Source of the DNA: Candidatus Methylomirabilota bacterium | GTDB taxonomy: Bacteria; Methylomirabilota; Methylomirabilia; Rokubacteriales; CSP1-6 | Direction: 5' to 3' | Assembly: GCA_046726415.1 (NCBI GenBank) | Contig: JBKPAK010000132.1 | Coordinates: 1 to 11,099 of the forward strand | DNA length: 11,099 bases | Part shown: piece by piece, positions 1 through 7,433 of the stretch | Position numbering within the stretch: the first letter of the stretch is position 1 | Layout of the letters: every line of letters starts with the position of its first letter | Notes under the pieces: model-generated | The model's input: only the letters and a program-made list of their open reading frames with translations | The model's database searches: none | What the model was told of the DNA's origin: nothing | Program-made: the position numbers and the translations under genes

Positions 1-114
1 ATCTCGATCCACACCGTGAAGTTCCACATCGCCGCGATCCTCGACAAGCTGAACGCGCGTAGCCGAACCGAGGCGGTCACCACCGGCATGCGCCTCGGCT
101 TGCTGATGATGTGA
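1..114 (+). CDS. C-terminal end of LuxR/NarL-family HTH transcriptional regulator (5'-partial)
   Basis: Frame 1 reads ISIHTVKFHIAAILDKLNARSRTEAVTTGMRLGLLMM*, matching the LuxR-HTH C-terminal pattern (IS.HTVK.H...I..KL...SRTEAV). TGA at 112-114. Confidence 0.92.
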   Translation: MSIHTVKFHIAAILDKLNARSRTEAVTTGMRLGLLMM

Positions 115-136
115 GGCCGTGCTCTCCACGACGTGA

Positions 137-268
<132 letters not shown>

Positions 269-475
269 GCGAGGCAGACCTGCACAACGCGGTGATCCGC
301 TCCGGTCGCCAAAGGGAACCGCGACCGTCGACTCCGTTACCTCCCACGTAATTGTCGTCGTTCGCTGGCTCTGTGAGTGTGGGCGGAGAGAGACATGTGC
401 GTCTCCGGGGAGGTCTCCATGGCTGATGTCATCGCGATGGTGGACTCGTCACGCGTCGCTTCAGAGCCGCAGACG

Positions 476-505
476 TTGCCGACGCATCGACAGCAGTGGG
501 ACCAT
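476..505 (+). promoter_or_regulatory. Possible sigma70-type promoter for a leaderless DUF2652 transcript
   Basis: TTGCCG (476-481), 18 nt spacer, GACCAT (500-505) with an extended -10 TG at 497-498. The ATG at 512 lies 7 nt after the -10 and has no Shine-Dalgarno. Confidence 0.3.
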
Positions 506-511
506 GTCGAC

Positions 512-1240
512 ATGTCGGTAGGGCGGGCTCTTCTGGTCATCGCTGATATCGGGGGGTATACGCCGTTCATGCGCCTCCATCGAACCAGCCTGGCCCATGC
601 GCAGGACGTGGTGGCCAGGCTGCTCGAAGCAATGATCGACGCCGCCCCCGCCCTGACTCTCCTCGAGGTCGAGGGTGACGCCGCGTTCCTCTACGCGTGG
701 ACCGCGGAGGGCCAGGAAGCCTCGACCATTCGGGTGGCCGTCGACCAGATGGTGGCGATGCACCGGGCTTTTCACGGCTGCCAGCGACACATCGATGTGC
801 TGAACACCTGCCGCTGCGAGGGTTGCCGCCAGGCCGGTCGCCTACGAGTCAAGTTCGTCGCCCACCTCGGCGATGTCGCGGTCCAGCGCGTGAAGCACTC
901 TTCGAAATTGGCGGGCCTGGACGTGATCCTCGTGCACCGGATGCTCAAGAACTCGGTGCCCATCCCGGAATACCTCCTGCTGTCGGAGGCCGTGTTCCGG
1001 CGTGTCGATGACCGAATTCGAAGTCGGGGCCAGGCCCTCGAGCAGGAGCTCGAAGGCCTGGGCGTCGTGCCCACTTACTTCATGGACCTCGCGGAGATCG
1101 CCGGCGCCGCGCCGCCGGAGCCGGCAGTGACCGCTGGCGGGAGGTTCCGCGAAAATTTCGGTGTCGTGCTCCGGAGTCTGCCGTACCTGGTTGGCCTGAA
1201 ACGGCCGCGCTTCGCGGCCGGAGGCCTCACGGCCGCCTGA
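512..1240 (+). CDS. DUF2652-family protein (class III nucleotidyl-cyclase-like fold)
   Basis: Motifs LLVIADIGGYTPFM, LEVEGDAAFLY, CRCEGC, KFVAHLG and LAGLDVILVHRMLKNSVP. The ORF is open from 377, but the recognisable domain begins at MSVGRALLVI (ATG 512). Confidence 0.85.
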   Translation: MSVGRALLVIADIGGYTPFMRLHRTSLAHAQDVVARLLEAMIDAAPALTLLEVEGDAAFLYAWTAEGQEASTIRVAVDQMVAMHRAFHGCQRHIDVLNTCRCEGCRQAGRLRVKFVAHLGDVAVQRVKHSSKLAGLDVILVHRMLKNSVPIPEYLLLSEAVFRRVDDRIRSRGQALEQELEGLGVVPTYFMDLAEIAGAAPPEPAVTAGGRFRENFGVVLRSLPYLVGLKRPRFAAGGLTAA

Positions 1241-1274
1241 CGCTGGCGCCCGCCGCCCAAGTGCGGCGCAGCGT
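1240..1274. terminator. GC-rich bulged hairpin between convergent genes
   Basis: ACGCTG(G)CGCC(C)GC pairs with GCGGCGCAGCGT directly after the DUF2652 stop. There is no real U-tract. Confidence 0.3.
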
Positions 1275-1420
1275 TCTAGAGAACCCGCCGCCGGCCAAAG
1301 GGCCGCCTCAAGGTCTCGCGGAGCCGACTCTTCGCGACGGCCGCGCGGGAGGATCTCGGGCGGCATGCCGTCCCCGCCGGTGCGACCGAGGCGCGGAACA
1401 GGGCAATCCTCAAGGCTGGC

Positions 1421-1636
1421 CCCCTGCTCGGCCATCGCGTACTGGTACAGCCGCACGTTGGCGAGCGACAGCGTGCCGACCACGTCCTGGCTCATCAAGC
1501 CCCATCGCGACTGTGCGCGTAGCGCCTCCACGAACTGCAGGAAATCACTCCGATAGGCCACCACGGTCTGCGGGGACAGCCGACGCCCGCCCTCGCAGTA
1601 CCGCAGGAATTTCTGGTGCAGGCCACTGAGTGTCAT
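1421..1636 (-). pseudogene. Truncated tyrosine recombinase (XerC/D-like N-terminal SAM-like core-binding domain only)
   Basis: MTLSGLHQKFLRYCEGGRRLSPQTVVAYRSDFLQFVEAL...NVRLYQYAMAEQG fits the phage-integrase N-terminal pattern (F..Y....R.LS..T..AY..D...F). A strong SD (AGGAGGAGGGAG) precedes the ATG. After about 72 aa the ORF becomes junk antisense to DUF2652, with no R/HxxR/Y catalytic motifs. Confidence 0.75.
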
Positions 1637-1663
1637 CTCCCTCCTCCTGGGCCTGCCCCGACG

Positions 1664-2299
1664 TCACGTTTTCTCGGCGGCATTACCGGGGAGGGGGCCA
1701 GGCGGAGCAACCAGATCGGTGGCGTTGACCGGGACGGATGGCACCCGCGGCGGACTCTGAGGGCCGGACTCGCCGCTCACCCTTGGCTCCCGGCGTTCCG
1801 CGGCTGTGAGCGTCGGGAAGTGGCCGGTTGTCCCGGACGTCAGCGTGAAGTTCTCGGAGCGGCCGCGGCCAGATCCGCCCCATCGCTTCGCGCGGATCAC
1901 GCTCGCCACCTTCCCGAGCAGCTCGACGACGAACACGGCGCGCATTTCGGTGTCACCGGTCTGGTGGTGCATCACGCCAGGAATCGCCCAGAGCTTCTGG
2001 AACACGCGCGGGTGATCGGTGTGAATGGCCAGGGCAAGCCGCTGCGGGAGGGCGCACGACGAGCAGTTCACGCCGTCGCAGTGCCACTCGATCCGGCCGT
2101 AGCGACCGGGGATCATCGGGAAACCCTCGGCGTCAACGGTCACGCGGAATCGATACGGGGCGGCTAGGGCCTTGAGCTGCGTAGTCTTCGAGCTGTCATC
2201 GCGGGTCCGCTCGGTCGCTTCGACATTCTCTTCGCCGGTGCCGTACGCGAGAGTTCGGACACGAAATTGCAGTGAGCCGTCCAGCGAATCACACGCCAC
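1664..2299 (-). CDS. Hypothetical protein, probably co-transcribed with the truncated recombinase
   Basis: Protein-like core QLKALAAPYRFRVTVDAEGFPMIPGRYGRIEWHCDGVNCSSC...KLWAIPGVMHHQTGDTEMRAVF. The stop lies 27 bp before the recombinase ATG. The start is uncertain, and an out-of-frame ATG at 2199 may be the original one. Confidence 0.7.
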   Translation of the reverse strand: MACDSLDGSLQFRVRTLAYGTGEENVEATERTRDDSSKTTQLKALAAPYRFRVTVDAEGFPMIPGRYGRIEWHCDGVNCSSCALPQRLALAIHTDHPRVFQKLWAIPGVMHHQTGDTEMRAVFVVELLGKVASVIRAKRWGGSGRGRSENFTLTSGTTGHFPTLTAAERREPRVSGESGPQSPPRVPSVPVNATDLVAPPGPLPGNAAEKT

Positions 2300-3052
2300 G
2301 TTGCTCGGCAGCCGACTCGAGAATCGGCAAGTCGTGGTGAATCAAGGCAATCAGGATGACGGCCAGCACGTGACGCGTGGTCGATCGGGATGGCCGCAGC
2401 GATGCAAGACGCAGCGGGGTGTCGCACGCTGCAGCGGTCTCGGACATGAGGAGTTCCACGAGCGCTACCCGGGTTGGTCCACCGTGCGGGGCCACGCTCA
2501 GTCATCAGCGCCGAGTGCCGCCGAATCGGATTGGCGGACCCAGCCGAGGCTCGACTTTCGACGGCGGGCAGCATCCATGGAATCTCCACGGAAGGCGGTC
2601 GACGCCACCTTGGCGAATCCGTCCGGCCCGCGATCGAGGTCGCACGCACGGCCAGGACTCGATCTGGCGATCCAGGGAACGTCATGTCACCCAGCTCTGC
2701 TGTTCTCTGGACCAAGCCATGACATGGCGCGCACGGCTCACGCGGGCCGGGTTCGGTCGCGTGAGGTCGGGGGTGCGGGCGGGCTGTCGGCGAGGACCCA
2801 CACGGCGGACATGGGAGATCGAGCGGCGTACTGCGAGACGATCGGCAGGCAAGCGAGCGAGGATCTCAGTCGTGAAGCTGCGCGATCATCCTCTCAACAT
2901 GCATCGGCACTCCCAGGTCGCGCTCAGACGAACCAAGGACAGGCCCGGCGAAGAATCGCAGCCGGGTCCGGCGAGCGGAGAGCTCGGATCGACCAGCAGG
3001 ACCTGAGGAACGAGGGCGGAAGGAATGGGGATGGTACAGCAAGATAAAAAGT

Positions 3053-3075
3053 CACCTCACGTGGCACCTCACGTG
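3053..3075. repeat. Tandem 11-bp direct repeat CACCTCACGTG x2
   Basis: Exact copies at 3053-3063 and 3065-3075, each ending in the palindrome CACGTG and preceded by A-rich AAGATAAAAA. Confidence 0.8.
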
Positions 3076-3579
3076 TGGTGGAAGTCGGTGTCGCCGCGGA
3101 GAAAGTTGTGAAGCACGCCCGTTCCGGGGTACTTCGTGGCTTGCCGACAGACGCGCTGCACGTCCAGTGTCGCGCGGCGTGGCGTCGAAGATAAGCCAAG
3201 GGTGTTGTCCCCATGCTGATGAAGCCCATTCATCGTCTCGATTCCTGCCCACGGACGGAGGCGGCGCCGGCAGGACGCCGCCACGTCACCCGACTCCCGC
3301 GCTGAGATGAAGCATTCGCACGGAACGCACGAGTGTCGCGCCTCGCGAACGCCGCAGACGCGGCGGCTGAGCACGCCTGTCGCAGCGTGACGGTGGGCTC
3401 GCGGTCGCCATGCCTGTGCGCCGCCAGCACGAACGCCGATCGGCGACGACCTCGGCAATGGGAGCAAGCACGCCGACGGCATAGTGGACCGATGGCCCGA
3501 CTAATGACTCCGAGTCAGCCTGCAGGGGCCGCGGCTGGCGCCGGCGATTAAAGTCGGAGCGTATCGGTGCAGGGATGTC

Positions 3580-3609
3580 TTGTAGACTCTTCGCTTCAGG
3601 ACCTATGAT
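3580..3609 (+). promoter_or_regulatory. Candidate intI promoter (Pint)
   Basis: TTGTAG (3580-3585), 18 nt spacer, TATGAT (3604-3609), ending 9 nt before the GTG at 3619. Confidence 0.5.
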
Positions 3610-3618
3610 GCTGGCATC

Positions 3619-4670
3619 GTGAGCCAGGAAACTGTCAGCGGTCTTCTCTACGGGACGACGGCCTCCGCCCCGTGGCTCATGCGCGAAGCTAGTCCACCCA
3701 CACGCCCGCCCCGACTCCTCGACCGGGTCCGCGAGGCCATACGCTCCCGGCATTACAGCCGGCGGACCGAGAAGGCCTACGTCCATTGGATTCGGCGGTT
3801 CATCTTCTTCCACCGCAAACGCCACCTCGTCGACATGGGTGCCCCCGAGGTCACGGCCTTCCTGACGTCGCTCGCCGTACAGGACAAGGTCGCAGCCTCT
3901 ACCCAGAACCAGGCTCTCAGCGCCCTCCTCTTTCTGTATCGCGACGTGCTCGGCGTGGACTTGCCGTGGCTCGAGCATGTCGTCGCGCCAAGCGCCCGCA
4001 GTACCTGCCCGTGGTCCTGACCCGCGAAGAGACAGGGGCCGTTCTTCGGCGACTCAACAGGGTGTCACGGATCATGGCGCTGCTGCTCTACGGCGCTGGC
4101 CTCCGCCTGTTGGAGTGCTGCCGCCGGCGTGTGAAAGATGTCGACTTCGCGGCAAACCAGATCGTGATTCGCGACGGCAAGGGCCGCAAAGATCGCGTCA
4201 CGATGTTACCGGGGGCGGTCAGGACCCTGCTCGCGCAGCACATCGACCAGGTGCGGGCACAACACGAGGCCGACCTCCGTCGCGGCGCCGGCTGGGTCGA
4301 GCTTCCCGGGGCCCTCCTGCGAAAATACCCACATGCCGGGCGCGAATGGGCGTGGCAGTGGGTCTTCCCCGCCACGAGATTCTACGTGGACCGTCTGACC
4401 GGGCAGCGCCGTCGTCATCATCTCCACGAATCCGTTCTCCAACGTGCTGTGAAGGACGCCGTCCGCGCAGCGGGCATTCCCAAGCTCGCCACGTGCCACA
4501 CCCTTCGGCACTCCTTTGCCACCCATCTGCTCGAGGACAACCACGACATCCGGACCGTCCAGGAGCTCCTAGGGCACCGTGACGTCAGCACCACGATGAT
4601 CTACACGCATGTCCTCAACTTGGGGCCGGCCGGCGTCCGAAGCCCCGCCGACCGAATGTTCCTGTCATGA
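3619..4670 (+). pseudogene. intI: Integron integrase IntI, frameshifted at about 3984
   Basis: N-half [34 protein letters not shown]...[19 protein letters not shown]-half [13 protein letters not shown]...GAGLRLLE...DGKGRKDR...[13 protein letters not shown]...[23 protein letters not shown]. It carries the integron-specific insert [27 protein letters not shown]. Adding one C after 3984 (GTC GTC [C]GC GCC AAG) joins the frames. The start could instead be ATG 3679. Confidence 0.96.
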
Positions 4671-4819
4671 CCATGCCGCCTTCGCACCTCGAGATGGGCG
4701 CAGGCGCCGCGGTGCTCCCCAGCGAGGTCTTGCAAGACATCCGGGCCCAGCCACCACAGCATGCCCCACAACGCCACGTAAACTCGTGCCTCGGCCAATG
4801 GCGAGGGCGGCGGCCAGCT

Positions 4820-4881
4820 GGGATATACAGAACTGTGCGAAAGCGTCGCCGAGTTCAAGAGAGATAGCGTTGGACGGCAGG
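4820..4881 (+). other. Candidate attI site, crossover G|TTGGAC at 4869/4870
   Basis: GTTGGAC (4869-4875) fits GTTRRRY and sits 18 nt before the first cassette ORF. GTTGGACGGCAGG (4869-4881) is a 12/13 reverse-complement match to CCTGCCGCCCAAC (5676-5688) at the other end of that cassette. No attC left arm is seen upstream. The left extent of the site is a guess. Confidence 0.72.
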
Positions 4882-4893
4882 AGATGGGAAACG

Positions 4894-5699
4894 GTGACGC
4901 CAGCCACCGGAAAGCACGGCTTCACACGAGTAGATGAAGAGGCGAAGCCTGGCGCCTGGGTCGACTGCCTCGACCGGCTGCACCGAGAACCGTTCTATCG
5001 GGCGTACAAGGACCGTGTCCGCGCGATCCTCGCCCCGCGGCCGACAGGCCGATATCGGGAAATAGGTGCGGGAGTCGGCGCCGATGCCCTGGCGGTCAGG
5101 GCGACGGTCATCGGCGTCGATCGGTCTCTGACGATGTGTTCCGAGTCCCGGGCGCGTGGTCTGAGGCTATCTGTCGTCAGCGACGCAGAGGCGCTGCCGC
5201 TCCCGTCTGGACTCGTCGACGGTTGCTGGTCAGACAGGACCTTTCAGCATCTCGCCCGCCCCGACCGCGCCCTCGATGAAATGGTACGCGTGCTGAAGCC
5301 TGGTGGAACGATTGTCGTCGTTGATCCCGATTATGGAACGCAGGTGATGGAGTTTCCTGACCAGAGCCTTGCCGGAAGGTATTGGACTTTCGCGCACATC
5401 ACGCGTTACGAAACGGTACGCTGGCACACCGGATGGCGGGCAGATTCGTCGACGCGGGCTTGGAGCAGGTGTCCGTCGAAGCGAAGACGCTGATCGTCCG
5501 CGATCCGCTGTCGCTCGATGGCGTCCTCGGACTTCGCTCTTGGGCACGCGCGGCCTCCGCCGAGGGCATCATGACCGACGACGACGTGACGCGCTGGGAG
5601 ATCCTGTACGACGAAACGGTTGCGCAGGGCAAGTTTCTCTGGTCGGTGACCTTCTTCATCACGAGCGGCCGGAAGCCTGCCGCCCAACATGGCGCTTGA
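4894..5699 (+). pseudogene. Cassette 1: class I SAM-dependent methyltransferase, frameshifted at about 5372
   Basis: Motifs EIGAGVG, GVDRSLTM, DAEALPLP and RTFQHLARPDRALDEMVRVLKPGG.IVVVDPD. Adding one C (GCC [C]GG AAG GTA TTG GAC) joins it to DFRAHH...FITSGRKPAAQHGA*. The stop lies inside attC1. Confidence 0.88.
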
Positions 5700-5753
5700 G
5701 CGGACGGCTCGCTCGCATTCGCTCGCGGCCGCCGCTCACCGCCGGCGTTCGGC
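5682..5753 (+). other. attC site 1 (intact, 72 bp)
   Basis: R'' GCCCAAC, 5-nt spacer, L'' GCTTGAGCGG-ACGGC ... GCCG-CCGCTCA L', then R' GTTCGGC. It forms an imperfect hairpin with extrahelical bases. Confidence 0.9.
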
Positions 5754-5782
5754 CCGCAATCTCCCAAAGAGTGGAGGTGAAT

Positions 5783-6246
5783 ATGATGCCTGAAGATCGA
5801 GCACGCAAACGGATCGATGCCACGCTAAAGATTGCATCCGACAAGTTCGCTGTTTGGAAGCACTACGAGGAACGCCCTGATCGCCTCGGGGATCAGCTGT
5901 GGTCTGTGGGCGCCTGGCTCATTGCCCTTGTCGGGACAACCGTTTCGGTCCCCTTTGTCGGAAGCCTGGTCAAGCATTTGCCTTCGCAACCGCATCTTCA
6001 GATCGACAACCGGGGTGCAGTTGTAGGTATTGCAATATTCGGAATTATGCTGTCGCCTACTCGTACATAGCCCTGCGAGATCTGCGTGATCACAGCGAAA
6101 GCAACTGGCGAAAGTCGGGGTACGTGTTGGAGGGCACTTGGCAGGTAGACTGGCGGGAGCGCAAGAGTCACGGATGGAGAGTCTTGTTGGGCATTGGAAC
6201 CCTTGTCCCCATCGGCTTCGGGGCGCTCCGCGTTCTCGCTATCTGA
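5783..6246 (+). pseudogene. Cassette 2: hypothetical membrane protein (about 3 hydrophobic segments), frameshifted at about 6050
   Basis: SD GGAGGT (5773-5778). MMPEDRARKR...LWSVGAWLIALVGTTVSVPFVG...AVVGIAIFGIML continues in another frame as AYSYIALRDLRDH...WRVLLGIGTLVPIGFGALRVLAI*. GC is lower than in the flanks (31/60 and 29/60 in two lines counted). Confidence 0.72.
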
Positions 6247-6253
6247 AGGGGTC

Positions 6254-6353
6254 GGCTAACAGGCCGCTTGAGCGGCGCGTCATGACTCCGTCGCGGCCAA
6301 CCGATCGCCCCGGCGCCGGTCGCTCAGCGCCGGGCCGCTGAAGCTGGATGGTC
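6254..6353 (+). other. attC site 2 (R' degenerate)
   Basis: R'' GGCTAAC, 5-nt spacer, and GCTTGAGCGGC pairing with GCCGCTGAAGC (6334-6344). R' reads GATGGTC instead of GTTGGTC. GATGGTCAGTA (6347-6357) is a 9/11 reverse-complement match to TTCTGACCAAC (6663-6673) at the end of the next cassette. Confidence 0.78.
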
Positions 6354-6362
6354 AGTAAGAAC

Positions 6363-6647
6363 ATGCGCGAAGACGGTGCCGAGTACTGCGAAGTGGTGAT
6401 CGTTGGGCGATCACCAGAAACGGACATTTGGCTGGGAGACGATGAAGGCCATCTCGTTCAAAGAGGCGAGGGTACGCTCGAGACCAGTGTTCTCCCTGGG
6501 CTCTACACCGTCGAATTCGGCTTGGGCACAACGACATTTCCGTTGCGAGTAACAGGGAATGCTTGCTGGACCGAAGAAGAAATAGCAGCGGGCCCATCAT
6601 GCCCGCGGCCGATTCCAAGTATGCCGCCGCTGGAGTCGGAATCGTGA
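6363..6647 (+). CDS. Cassette 3: small acidic hypothetical protein (94 aa, intact)
   Basis: MREDGAEYCEVVIVGRSPETDIWLGDDEGHLVQRGEGTLETSVLPGLYTVEFGLG... exactly fills the space between attC2 and the next R'' box. Confidence 0.78.
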   Translation: MREDGAEYCEVVIVGRSPETDIWLGDDEGHLVQRGEGTLETSVLPGLYTVEFGLGTTTFPLRVTGNACWTEEEIAAGPSCPRPIPSMPPLESES

Positions 6648-6666
6648 ACGCAGCGTGTATGATTCT

Positions 6667-6694
6667 GACCAACAGCGCGCTGCAGCCGCCGCGC
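6667..6694 (+). other. Left arm only of an attC site
   Basis: R''-like GACCAAC, 5-nt spacer AGCGC, L'' GCTGCAGCCG. No complementary right arm follows, and the sequence runs straight into hicA codons. Confidence 0.65.
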
Positions 6695-6697
6695 AAG

Positions 6698-6845
6698 GAC
6701 GTCCGTCAGCGCGGGTCGCGTCGCAGTACAAGCATGTCGACGGACGCGGCACGACCGGTACCGTCTCACGGCGAATCGCAATATCTCGCCGCTCCTCCTT
6801 CGCAAGATCGCGCGTGACAGCGGTCCGACGGTGGAGGAGTTGCGT
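6698..6845 (+). pseudogene. hicA: HicA-family (type II TA) toxin remnant, 5'-truncated, about 3 frameshifts
   Basis: Stitched frames give DVRQRGS / QYKHVDGRGTT / VPSHG / RNISPLLLRKIARDSGPTVEEL, which matches the HicA pattern (RQ.GSH....H.DGR.T.VP.H....I....L..I.....L..EE). The catalytic GSH His reads Arg. Confidence 0.8.
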
Positions 6846-6874
6846 GGCCGTCGCTCAAAAGCGAATCGTAGGGC
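6844..6874 (+). other. Right arm only of a degenerate attC site
   Basis: GTGGCCGTCGCTCA is 12/14 identical to the attC1 right arm (5725-5738). It is followed by R'-like GTAGGGC (6868-6874), 2 nt before the next ATG. Confidence 0.5.
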
Positions 6875-6876
6875 CG

Positions 6877-7341
6877 ATGAGCATCTACGCCACCCTCTAG
6901 GGGCTGAAGTTCCCGCGTTACGGCGACGACCACAGCGGCTGCGGGTGGATCGCGGTACTGGCTCAGGGCGTTCCGGCGCACGTCGGCAGATCGTCTCGAG
7001 GTCCAGGCCACGTGGAAGAGGACCCGTAGTACACTTTCTGCCGCCGGCCGGCACATGTCTGACCGACGACGATGGACAGCCGATGCGTGCCGTGGTCTTC
7101 GTCACGGAGGCGACCCCCAAGGGAAGCGCCCGGTCACCGCGGGAGTACGTGAGGCCCCCTCCTCGTACTCCCTGGACATGAGTACGCCACGATCCCATTC
7201 GGCGAGCTGCATCGGATGATCTGCGACCTCTTGCGCGGCGACCGCCCCCGACTCGCGGCCGAAGTGCGCAGACCAGACGGTGGAAGTCGCCTCCTCCTCG
7301 AGGACGGCAGCGTCCAGGTCACCGAGCTCGGTGGTGCTTAA
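6877..7341 (+). pseudogene. Cassette hypothetical protein (about 155 aa) with two in-frame TAG stops and two frameshifts
   Basis: MSIYATL*GLKFPRYGDDHSGCGWIAVLAQGVPAHVG...EEDP* / FLPPA...MRAVVFVTEATPKGSARSPREYVRP / LLVLPGHEYATIPFGELHRMICDLLRGDRPRLAAEV...TELGGA*. TAGs at 6898-6900 and 7027-7029. Confidence 0.72.
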
Positions 7342-7356
7342 AGCGCCGCCGCATCG

Positions 7357-7424
7357 ACGAAACCGAGGCTGCACTCCCGCATCAGGGGCCGGCCTGCAGC
7401 CGCGCGTGATTCCAGGTGTTAGAA
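7357..7424 (+). other. Degenerate attC site
   Basis: Eroded R'' ACGAAAC, L''-like GGCTGCAC, inverted repeat GGCTGCA/TGCAGCC (7367-7373 and 7395-7401), L'-like GCGTGA and R' GTTAGAA (7418-7424), 9 nt before ATG 7434. Confidence 0.6.
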
Positions 7425-7433
7425 GGACAGCGT

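Noticed and set aside
842-1420. C-terminal ~190 aa of the 264-aa minus-strand ORF
   Set aside because: It is read-through antisense to DUF2652 with no recombinase catalytic motifs. Only the first ~72 aa look real.
3014-3038. Minus-strand peptide YHPHSFR resembling an integrase HxxR box
   Set aside because: It is isolated, with no flanking LGH/Y motifs, and lies upstream rather than downstream of the truncated recombinase. Likely chance.
2172-3047. 291-aa, 209-aa and 183-aa overlapping ORFs
   Set aside because: Low-complexity R/A/G/S composition, mutually overlapping, with no clear RBS or domain.
4779-4784. TAAACT as the -10 of a cassette promoter (Pc)
   Set aside because: No credible -35 at 16-18 nt spacing, so support is insufficient.
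4818-4830. CTGGGATATACAG as a LexA box
   Set aside because: Spacing is CTG-N7-CAG, not the CTG-N10-CAG of the proteobacterial SOS box.
4609-4893. N-terminal extension of the methyltransferase ORF and the 66-aa ORF 4667-4867
   Set aside because: They cross the intI end and attI region. The cassette boundary at 4869 places the real start at about 4894.
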